Of a stretch of DNA of 64,000 nt, positions 13,901-26,424 are shown piece after piece. Below the pieces are notes generated by a model that was given only the letters and a program-made list of their open reading frames with translations, ran no database searches and had not been told where the DNA came from. How positions within the stretch are numbered: the stretch's first letter is position 1; each line of letters starts with the position of its first letter. Source of the stretch: Catajapyx aquilonaris. Taxonomy: Eukaryota. The position numbers and the translations under genes are program-made. Location: assembly GCA_000934665.2 (NCBI GenBank), contig JYFJ02000689.1:1-64000 (forward strand). Direction: 5' to 3'.

Positions 13901-16900
13901 TTTTTTTTGTATATAACAAATGTTTATTGACAGTTACTCAACAATCATTTCGTAACTGTTACAAAACTTAATAATTATTCCTTAGAAGTTTCCAGCAAAT
14001 TTCATGGCCAGTTATTTTCTGTAATCTTTAATAGCTAAAATATTTATTACATATCTATCAACAATTGTAATGGTTATTTAACTCTTTTACGTTTTTAACA
14101 ATGAACAGTTGCTTAATAATTATTTATTAGCAGTTATCTGAAATTTAATTAGCTGTTATTTAGCAATTATCTTCATGAGCCAGTTAATTGAAATGTTTGA
14201 TTAATTACTAATTAAGTTATTTTAACGATTATTCAATTTACAAGTATTTAACAAGTGTTATTGGTTATTAATTATGAGATGGTATTATTTTCTGATGAGT
14301 ATTGTGGGTTTTAACGTACCCTTTGCGTCTCAACTGACCAAGCAATTTCACAGATTGAAAAAAATTGGCAAACACCGCCACCCCTCGCCCGACCCTGAGA
14401 GTGGCCGGTGCTGCGCAATCCACGTGAGGGATATGGTGCTAGCTATATACTATAGGGGGCCCGGGCCGGACTTGGCATGCCTGACCCTTTCGTCTGGCTT
14501 GATTGCACATCCCGTTTACTATCCGGTTGCGAGATCAATCATCAGAGACTTGCCATCATCATCTGTGGTGGGTGGGGGGCCCCCATCAGACACTGTCCTT
14601 CAACACCTCAAGCAAAGAACCCATATGGTCTCACTCAGGCCCTTTTACCAGGCTCCAAAGAAAAGCTCCAGCCAAGGATTTTTCAGCTCTAGAGGTATAG
14701 CCTGTGTGTGTAGTAACTTGACCAGAAAAGAAGAAGAAGGAAAAAAAAGTTTATGTGGAAAAGTTGGTGCACTTTCTAGTTGTAACAGTGAAGGTGAGCC
14801 GAGTCCAGGGGGAGTGTGCCAAACTGCATTACACTTTAGGATAACGGTGCACGTGTGTGTGTGTGTATACTATACCATGGGCAGAAAACTTTGAAAAGGT
14901 CAAGACGGCTGCCGGATAAACCCGGAAATCTCGCCCGTCACTTCACTGGCGAAGCTGCAGCAGCATGCGGCTCCAGCTGGACTTATTATAAACAAAAACG
15001 ATATGGAGCCGGGGTGGATAGTGTCAACATTTGACACGCTGCTTCTGACCTTTCACAATATGTCAAACAATCACCTATTAATAGGATTCATCAAACAATT
15101 CTGTTAAGTTAGTTACATAACAACTAGCTCTTATTGAAGGCATTGGTGATTAGCTCACATTCAATCAGTGATAGCTCATATTCAATCAGTAACTAATAAA
15201 TTAAGTAAGTTAACTAATGAACGACTATTAACTAATGAGTAACTAAATGCAATAAGTAACTAATAAGTAACTAAATTCAATAACTAATATTTAATAAATG
15301 GCTAATATTCAATAAGTAACTAAATGCAATAACTAATATTTAATAAATGGCTAATTGTCAATAAGTAACTAAATGCAATAACTAATATTTAATAAATGGC
15401 TAATATTCAATAAGTGACTAAATGCAATAACTAATATTTAATAAATGGCTAATTGTCAATAAGTAACTAAATGCAATAAGTAACTAATATTTAACAGATG
15501 GCTAATTGTCAATAAATAATAATGTTCAATAGCTAATGGTTAAACAACTGTCATTTAGTACATATTTATTTACAGTACATTATTTGTACATTGCACATTT
15601 GTACATTGTACATTATTCAATTAACAGCTATTTAACAAGTGTTATTGGTTATCTATGAAATGGTTATTTTCAGATAAGTATTGTGGGTTTTGACGTACCT
15701 GTTGCGTCTCAATTCGCAGAATTTATTCATTTAATGAGTTACATATTAAATATCAGTTGCTTTTATTAGTTAATATTTAGTTATTAGTTACTGAATATTA
15801 GTTATTAGATGCTGATTGAATATTAGTTATTAATTGCCGGCTTGTTATTAGTTACTCATCAACAATAATAATTATTAATTAGTTTATCCACTAGCAATTA
15901 TTTTAGTTGATCAGTAATAATGATTTATTACTAGATATCAAAGTTCTTTTGAGGGTTGTCTATGATGACCTTCACTGAGGATCTTGACCCAATACCTTTG
16001 CAGAGTTTAAAACCCATCACTCAATTGTGCATCCTCCCATAAACAGTTTTTTTTTGGGGTCTCATTTTTTTTTTTTAAACGGATGTTCGCACGTATATCC
16101 ATCTGGGGGCACTATAGCAGACAGGGTTGTAGCACCATTAATTATGTCGCTCGGTTAAATAAACATGGCGTGTGAAATGAATTCGGTCGCACGTAATACC
16201 CAAATGTATCTGCCAGACTGACTGATATACAGAGAGAGAGAGAGAGAAAACTGGCGATAAAATAATATATTTAAAATATATATATATATATACTGTTGGT
16301 TGTTGGTACAGTTTTCCCGTCGTGCAGCGGAGCAGATTCGCAAAAAAAAAAATTTAATGCTCGAGTTAACTATTAACTAACGGATTTTCACGCTGCCGTG
16401 ATCAAAGCCACTGGCTCCGGCGCGGCGGCACGTATAGGGCCCCCTATTTTGCATACCTCCGGTTTTTTAAGCTGCGAATTGCTTTGGTGAAGTGACGCAA
16501 AAAAAGGAGCAGTAAAACTCACACAGCAAATATAAATCAACAAAAACAAATTTAAGCTACTTAAAAATAATTATTAGTTATCTATTAACAATTATAGCGA
16601 ATTATAGCGAATAATTTATTATTAACAGGTAACTAAAATAATTGTCAATATATAGCCTAACTAATAAGTACCTAATAAGTAATTGCTAATAAGTAACCAA
16701 TAATTGCTAATAAGTAACCAATAATTGCTAATAAGTAACTAATAAGTAATTGTCTATCAATAATAACTAATAAGTAATTGTCTATCAATAATAACTAATA
16801 AGTAATTGTCTATCAATAATAAGTAACTAATAAGTAATTGCCTATCAATAATAAGTAACTAATAAGTAATTGTTTATCGTTTATAAATAATAAGTACGGT

Positions 16901-17108
16901 AACTCTCAGTTCAATCGCCAATAGCTTGGCTACCTTAATGGTTAATATAACTTAAATAATAATTGTTAGGAAAATAAATTCATAAATGATTGGTAAATAA
17001 ATGACCAATAAAGTTACAGATGGCATGTGGGATGTGGGTGGAAGAGGGGGGGGGGGAATAAAAATCGCACATTTTTGCACCGGTTATTTTTTTCATGCCC
17101 TTTCTGTT

Positions 17109-17139
<31 letters not shown>

Positions 17140-20100
17140 TCTAGAAGTTGCAATGGTAGACGGCGCATGGCCTCCTCCGTCACACTTGTTGGGCATGTTG
17201 CGAATTTTAACAGTTGCACATTGCGGTTTGGACTTAACTCTTTCAAATATTTCACCCTTCGCCAATATTGAATCGTGGATTGGCAACACTGTCCTTGTAA
17301 CGAAGAGGTTTTTATTCAACGAGGGCATATGAAATATAGGTACCAAAATGGTGCATATGCGAAGACACTTTTTGCGCAGTTTCCGTTGCCACGGACCCTG
17401 TCCGTTGTCATGTGCATCCCACGCTGGTTATTATCGAGCAGAAAATGTTGACGTGTTGTCGGGACGTACGGAAATAGAACCTTTTTGACGGCCGACGACG
17501 ACGGGTACACGAAAAAAAAAAAGAGAGATTAGGAAGCCATTGAAAATTCGATTCCTCTTCGCCGAACTTGACTCACTTTTTGTTAAAATCTCATCTAGCG
17601 AGAGCCGCTGAACACCACCCCCATGACAACCGGTCCATGGCAACCAGGATATTTTCAAAGCGGACTGTGACGCACTCTACTGGACGAAAATAGTCCGAAA
17701 AAAAAAATCATCTGTAATCACATTTCCCAGCAGTAATCCAGACTATAGCCTTCAAAGATGGTCGAATTCACAATTATTGCAAAAAAAAAAAATCACAAAA
17801 AAAATAATTGGTGGGTCAGATGACGTCACACTGGGCGGAAATGTTAATAACTATTTTTAAACCCATAGTCTATAGATTTTGTATTATTCATATGCCTGAC
17901 TTCCAATGTCCTGGTCATACAGTGAGTACTTAGCAATATGTCAGATGCAGTTTTCTAAAACAGAGGTAGGTCAGTGGGTTAGTCACCCTCCCCCACAAAC
18001 GGGCTGGGGGAAAACCGCGTCACAGCGGTTGGGTTGCCAGGGAGGGAACATGGACACGTTCGAATCTACAGGTGTCACACGCTCTTTACAACCCAGAATT
18101 TATAGCTCATCCCTACGTCACTGGTTCCCAAACTGCTCAATCCTCTTGCGATGTAGGCCCTACCTATAAAGCCCACAATGAGGGGGGTGCCAGGGGCTCC
18201 GCTGTCAAATTTTTCTCACAAAAAGTACTCCATGGGACAAAAAGTTTGGGAACTACTGCCCTATACGTTATACCAGGTTATACGTATGACATTTTTTTGG
18301 TATGTTTTTCGTACGTAGTGTTTGGATGAGAGACTATTACTCTATTCTTTACGAGAGTGAACCAACCTGGCAACACTGCCATGCCCTCTCCCCCGAATTG
18401 TGAAGGTAGTGCCGCATGTCACACACAAATGGCGCACCCTCTCTCTCTGGACGCTACTGATGACTCACCGCGAACAAAGAGGAACAGAACCAAGCCAATT
18501 CTATATGATTATTAGTTAATAATCATGTATTATTTATCAGCTATTAGCTACAGGTGTTAATACTGATCAATATTAGCTGTGCAATGTCTATCAGTTATTA
18601 AATGTGTTATTCGTCAATTATAACCGATAAATAACACATTTAATAACTGATAATTATTGGTTATTAAAATGTGTTATTTATCAGTTGTCAGTTAATAAAA
18701 TATCATTTATCAGTTGTCAGTTAATAAAATATTATTTGTCAGATATCAGCTAATAAAATATACCAGTTATCAATTATTAAATGTTACTTATCAGGTATTA
18801 GTTATCTACTGCTCATCAGGTATTAGTTACACAATTTATTAGTAATTAAAATGCATTATTTATTAGTTGTTATTTATTAATTATTGGTTACACGTAAAAA
18901 TAAGTCATTAAAGTTGTTGTTTATTGGTTATTTATCAGTTATTAGTTATGCATTGATTATTATTAATCAGGCATTAGTTGCATAATTTACTAGAATATGA
19001 AATGTTATTAGTCAGGAGGTAATGTTTATGCGAGTTATTAGTTACGTGTTTATACCAGGTATGGTTTGTTAGTTATTAACCGTGTTGTATTGGCTATTGC
19101 GCATTAGTTATTGATTATGCGTTAAACGTTATTAGCTATCTCGTTGGCAACTTATTTACATTGCATTATTCATGACTTATTATTATCTTTTAATAACGGT
19201 TATTGAGACTAATTGTTATTAATTGTTGGTTGCTACTAATATTGGGTAATATTCGTTGACGTCATTTTGTAGGGCTTCAATACAGGGTGGTCCAAGTTCA
19301 AGTGTCGTTTTATAACGGCGATTAATAGCAGTGATTTTGCGATGACGTAGCAGCGACGCGTAAAATGTCCCACTTCGGCGCAATCGAAGTGGGCAATTTT
19401 ACACGTCGCTGCTACGTCATCGTTAAGCGCTTCTATTAATCGCCGTTATAAAACGACACTTGAACTTGGACCACCCTGTATTTGTCCGGATATGTAGAAG
19501 CAGCACTAGTGATTAGGTTGGGCGCATCCTTTTGTTGACCACAGCTACCTGTTGCTACTGGGTTAGCAGATTGACTTGCAAGTGATGGTTTGAGTAGGTT
19601 GGAGGTGTGAAAAGGGGTCGGCCTGTGTGTATATACTTTATCCGGCCGTAGGTGTGGGAGAAGTGGTTTATATGTGTGGGCCTGCGAAGAGGCGGCGTCG
19701 GTCGTCGTGAACCAGATGGAGCCATCCAGCTTGGCATGAGCCAGGTAAACATGCCACTGCATTTAGCAAAGCGGGCCTTTAGGAACCACTCACACACTGT
19801 CTCTGCGCGTTTTCCTCTCTCTTTTTTCTTTTCTTTTCTTTTTGGACCCCCCTCTTGCTGGACTAGCCCCAACCGATTCCCGACGCCGCCGACGCGGTGC
19901 CCCTCACTCTCTCTTCTCACTTAAACTCATGATAGGCGGCAATTACGCCCACCCACGCGGATAAGCGTCTCTCTTTGCAACGAAAAAAAAAGAGAGACGC
20001 CCGCTCTATTCATCTCAACTTTTTTTTTCTATCTTCTTGTTGTTGACACCCACCACACAGGTCTACCCCCATTTGTCACATATTTTTGGCCCACCTAACG

Positions 20101-22538
20101 CACGTGGGCGCCATTTTGGTAGGCGCTATTGCCTGCCCACCCCTGCCAACCACTCAACGTCGCCATCTTGGACAGCCAATCAGACCAAGTCGTTTTTAAT
20201 TTAACATAAAATAATAGATAAATATAGCTAATGTAAATGAGTCATTTTATTTGGGTCTCGGACTTTTCGCCCCCGCCGTTTCTCCCCGGACTTTTAGCCC
20301 CCGGCATATTGGCCCCGTGACAATTTCGCCCCGGGGGATAAAAGTCCGGGGGCGAAACGGCGGGGGAGAAAAGTCCGGATCCCGTCATATGATAACGCTG
20401 AAGACATTTAGGTACAAAAACAAGTGCAGATATTGCCCAGAGCTTGTAGCCAAACTTAATGAGCCAATGGTAGGGGCCATGCTAAGTACTTCCGGAATGA
20501 CTTCAGCACCATCTGGATGACAAAACACTTTGCTCTTAGCCTTATTGTTTCCGCTGAGTCGTGTACGTTACCAACAACATTCTCCCTTATCGCATTCCTC
20601 CAGCTTGTGCACAAGCCTCAGGGACCCAAATAGGATGTCAAACAATGGTGGAAGCATATTGAAAGAAAAAAAAATAGTATGCCATAAACACCACTCCTCG
20701 TACAACATGGCAGGGGCATTAAGATACCTCCTGGTCCATTGCACTTCAAAGTGCCACACCCCGCACTATTTCCGGTTGGACGAACGACTCATAACTACCA
20801 TGTTAAGTAGCGCACCCGTAGCCAAATTTTCGCAAGGCCTTGTGATTTAGTGCCGTGATCAGAAGGTGGCAGCACTCACCAGGGACCGTTCTCCTTCCGG
20901 AGCGTTCCAGAGGCGACAAAAATAAGGCTATTATTATATAGGGGGAATTATTATAACCATTTCACGGGGTAGTCCATCTCAGGGCACGTGTCCAAGTGTG
21001 GTGTGTGAAACCCCCTATATACCCCCAAGTGTCCTGGAATGAAGCCACGACTAATTTCTTGCCACGTTGACTCTCTTCAGTTTTTAGCAAATGTGCGGGT
21101 GTGGGTTCTTAGGCATGGTTTTCATTAACTCCGCATCTAACGCGTGAGTGTGCCTCTCTTTTTTCGGGCAAGGTCGCCATTCCTTCGGTCCCTCCTAAAG
21201 CTCTGGCCTAGATCCAAGTCAAGAGAAGCTCGAGAAGACGACACATTTTCTCGCCTCCAAACTGTCCGGCTGTGGCCAGCAAGTAGTATTTACAGCAGAG
21301 AGTTTATCCGTCGACTATGACTATCAGGAGGTGAATCATAGCAATTTATAGGCCCTGCTTTAGCTTATTCAAGGGGGATGCTGCGTAATGATCTCACTCG
21401 CCGCGGTTTGGCCAATCACAATGTGAATTACTGTCCTTTGCACGAATAACGCGACACTCGAATTTTAAAAAAACGACTCTAGCAAACTTGCTAGGGAGCT
21501 GGCCTCAAGCCAACTTCAAAATTGCAGGAGCAGTGTTCAGCAATTTGCGATGGCAATTGGCCAATCACAATCGCCCCTATCAAGTTTGCTAGAGAAGACA
21601 AATTCCATTACCGACCAATTATCGCTGATTTTCCATATTCATATCAGACAAAGTTTGTCTGTTTGTTACTCAGAGGTTAGATAATTATAGTGTATGTATG
21701 AGCCATTATTTGGCTACCAGGTGCAGTTAAGGTTAGTACCTCAACATTTTACAGGCTGTTTCCCCATTCCTTGCCTGGTTATAAACCGACGGTTTAGTGC
21801 AACCGGGTGTATATAATTGATGGGCAGGCGGGGGGCTATTTTAATGCGACGGTTAAAATGTCAGTTAGAGTCAATATTTGAACTCGGAAATCGACGGGCA
21901 GTGTAAATAACGCTGCTAGTTAAACAGCTCGTATAATTGTGCTGCTTTTTTTACACACCCAGCGTGGTGCTATAGAAGCCGATTGGAACATGTTACTCGG
22001 GATTGATTCGGACTCTCACTTATATGAAGCAAAAATAAGCGGCGTGAAGTGAAGGTAATTTAGGTCACACACAAAAAAAAACACTATACATCGCAATTTA
22101 TCGAAAATTATACTATATAATTATCACCATACAGTACATCAGAAATGCGACGTCGCACGATCGGTAAGTTGGTTTTCAATTGATAACTCGATTTTTGTTT
22201 AAAAAAATATCGGTCACAAGTTCGATAAATCGATAATATTCAGGTTTCACGTTTCCGTTTCCGGGCATTCCTGTCGAAGCCATTAACTTCCGATAATAAG
22301 ATACCTTTTCACGTTTTATTTAAAATACTATACCGAGCAAAATATCGAAAACACTCATAAGTACATATCGATTCGTAATTTTTCAATGTATTGACGACTC
22401 GATAATAAATAAAATATAAAATATCATAAAATAATATATGTATTCCGTTACGATTTAATACGTAGATAAATATATACAATAAATACTGTATAATATAACA
22501 AATAGTCCGTGTAATACCTCATGTGAGGTCTGCACTAC

Positions 22539-22574
<36 letters not shown>

Positions 22575-25500
22575 TTATTATTTTTATTATTATGCAACAA
22601 ATTAATAAAATATAAATAACAAATTAGGTGGAATTATCGTCCCACTGCTAGTCGCTGCTAAGTTAGCAGTAACTAGCAGTGGGACGAAAAGTCCACCCAC
22701 TAACTACAGATAAAATGCAGAAGAATATAATAGTAAATATAAATAATTTGATTAATATCACGTAATCTAAAAGTACATCGAGTCGTCAATATATTGGAAA
22801 ATTACGAATCCATACAGAGTATTTTCGATATTTTGCTCTCTATAAGTATTTTAAACAATACCTAGTCGTTAATATAATTGAAAAAGAAATACAAATCCAT
22901 AGAGTAGTTTCGATATTTTGCGCGCTCTATAGTATTTTCAGTGATATGGATCGCATTTAATTAATAGCCTACAATATCTGGGTCTCGGACTTTTCGCCCC
23001 CGGCATATTGGCCCCTGTGACAATCCCCCCCGGCGTATTCGCCCCCGTGACAATTTATCCCACGCCGTGTACACCTCAGCAGTATTTTGGACTCCCACAA
23101 TATCCATGTGAAAAGGTCTTTCCAGATTTCAAAAAATCAAAAAAAAAAAAAATCGGTAACGTGATCCGATATAGCGCAAATTGGAGCCAGGGGTTTTCAC
23201 CTTTCCGTTCGCGTTTCCGTTCACGTTTCCAGATATTTCACTGTCGAACCCCATAAACTTCCGGAAAATTCTTTTTCACACTAAACCACTCACATGATTC
23301 CCCCTCCATTTCCCGAAGTGTGTTTATCCCACCCGGTCTCAAGACTTTTGTAAACATACCGGGAAACATTCACTCACACCATACAAGTTTCCCAGCAATC
23401 GCGCTCCGATTTTTTTTTTTTTTCCACCCCCACACACCCCTCCACTTCTCCCTCAGAGCAGGGCCCTGCTCAGAGCCCCCATCGTCACAACCCTGTGATT
23501 CAAGCTGTTTCGTCACACAGCCAAGGAAACATTGCAACGGGAGAACAATATCAACCCTCAGCTAGGAAATACCAAGGTCGGTGAAAACCGCTCCGATTTG
23601 CTTGGCCTATTGCCACGCTGTTTCCTCACAATTATATTATACCAACTGCAAGTGCAAGCAACGACCGATTACTACTTGTCACTAATGTACACCCCCCCCC
23701 CCTTTAAAAAAAATGCAGGACTCTTCAAAATGTAATCAGACACACAACAATTACTTATAAGAAGAGGGACAATGCCCGGATGTGGCTGCCTCACTTTTTT
23801 TTTCCTTCAAATTTCCCAGAGGAACATAAGTGCGTGCCTTCAGGCTACTCAACATATGCGCACACACTCATGCACACACATACAAAAAAATACCGACCAG
23901 GGGTTATTTGCAAACGAGCACGTGAAGAAGAAGAAGAAGGGTGACTGTTCTCCTTTGGATATCAAACCTTGCCACGTGGACAAAGCTTGTACTGTTTTAC
24001 ACGAGGAGAAATGTTCCGGACAATTTGCATCTGAGTCATGCCTGACAAGTGCATGGAATTAATTTCATAATTTGTTTCCATACTCTTTCAGATTGCACGA
24101 TATTTATCATATTCTTTATATATTTAGCTGTTGTTATAGTTTTATTTTTATTTATTCATTTGCTATATTTCATTTATTTTATATATTTATCTGCGTATTA
24201 CATTATAAATGAGTTGACATTCAGCTACTGTAGATCTAGTGTAAAACCAGTTGCAGGTCAGGTTATGCTACAGCCAAGGCAAACACACTGGACTAAGGGA
24301 ATGTCCTTGATATTAATTACTGTGAGTGCAAACTTTGCAAAAATTACAACAAATATAATCATCATAAAAATTGCAATTAAATGCATGTAATTATTTATTA
24401 CAAGGTCACGTCTAAGTCGGTGGCGAATAGTGCACATTATTGAGTGTGGGAGTAAATGAAAAAAATGAGGTGGTTTTAAAGACCAGTAAAAAAGATATGT
24501 AAAATGTATACAAGTCATTAATAAATAATTTTTACGCTTCTCTATAGGTTGTAACTAGTGTGCAGGTAACAACAATCGGAGCAATTGTCCATGTCATTTC
24601 CATTTATGTTTTTTTCATTTATTTGTTCTGCCATACTGTACGTAACTTTCTTCAAGCGATTATACATTTGTTTACGGGTTTTCATCTCTTTATTTTTGCA
24701 AAAAAAAAATATATATTGAAAGTGTATGAAAGCGTGGCGAAAATACGGGAAAAAGTTAAAGATAATTATCCAGACACGTTTTTTGGAGGAAGAACGATCC
24801 AACCGTTAAAAAAAATTGGCCGAGTGGATAAGATTACACAGATTTATCTGACAAACGGTTACACTTTGGGGTCGCGTTTGAGCCGCGGCCAAGTTTTCGC
24901 AAAAAAAAAAAAAATTCGCATCCTGCAAAAATGGTGGCAACACGTTGAGAAGACGGCGGCGACGGCACACAAACAAAGGGCGACAAAATTAAATTTTGTA
25001 ACAAATTGGCATAAAATGTTTTTCATAAAAATATTCACCCACTACCTGTTCAAGTAGGCGGCCATATTGGCGGCACAGAGAGTAGGAATTCGCACATTTA
25101 AAAAAAAACGCGCCAATTCTGACGTCTGACCCACAAGTGGCCATGCCTGTTTTTTTATGAGTGAGAAAAATTGGCGACACAAAAGGACACTTGGCATGTA
25201 TTTTTTTTATTGCGGCTTGGAATGCGACCAAGTGCATGCGTGGGAGGAGGGGGCCCAAAAAAGCCACGCCATTGGACAGTCTCACACACAGGCCCATATG
25301 AGGTTGTTCCCACACGCTTGCCAAGACGTGAATTACTGGATTGGGAAACGGCTGCACTTGACCCCGTGACATTTTGAAGGTGATAATATTAAAACTCTCT
25401 TTGCAGGACTTTACTGTACACCCTGTACATTCCATTCATTTAATTGATCTTTATTCGTTGTATTATAATATTTATTTCACTGCATTTAGATCACGTTTAC

Positions 25501-26367
25501 ATCTAGCAATTGTGTGTTTACGCGTATCTAAATAATTTCATTTGTATAATATAATATATCAATATTAAATAAATAATTATTCTGTAAATAAATAATTACA
25601 TAAGTCATTGTTTATATAAATGAAATAATAATTTAAGCACATTAACATTAATTTAAATATAAATACAGCACAATTACACAAATAGTAATTACCAGAAAAA
25701 TTATGTCAATTACTGTTTAATTGTATTTATATTTGTTGCGTTGTATTTATCTTTTAACTTGATTTTAATGTTAAAATAATTATTTTACTTATACTGTACG
25801 AACAATTACTTATGTAATGATTATTAAATGATTATAAAATTTTATTTATTTTTAATATTTATTGTACTGAATTTATATTTAAATTGGTTGATAACATGTG
25901 TTTATCTAAATATTTATTTTCTTCATCAGAATAATAAATAATTATGCATTTTAATAACTATTTGTGCTTATAATATTTATTGTGGTGTGTTTTTTCGGTG
26001 GATTTTCATTTATGTACTTATAATTCATTTCAATAACTTCATTTTATATTAAACCATTTATTTCTTTACATTGCCTTTATTATAGTTCCATTTATTAATT
26101 TAGACAATAATTTTATTATAAACTATAATTACTGTATTTAACATTGTATTTCCACGTATTCACTTTTAAGTAATAATTTTTACAAACAAAACCATTATGT
26201 TCATATTTATTATAATCATTGTATATAACATTTAATATATTTCATTTATTACGCTTGCTTCATATTATATCTCTATTATTATAAAAGGCAATGTTTGTAT
26301 GTTTGTCCAGGTTCAGATGGCAGTCACTATGTCATAAATTCATATCTGCACATTATTATTATTATTA

Positions 26368-26424
<57 letters not shown>

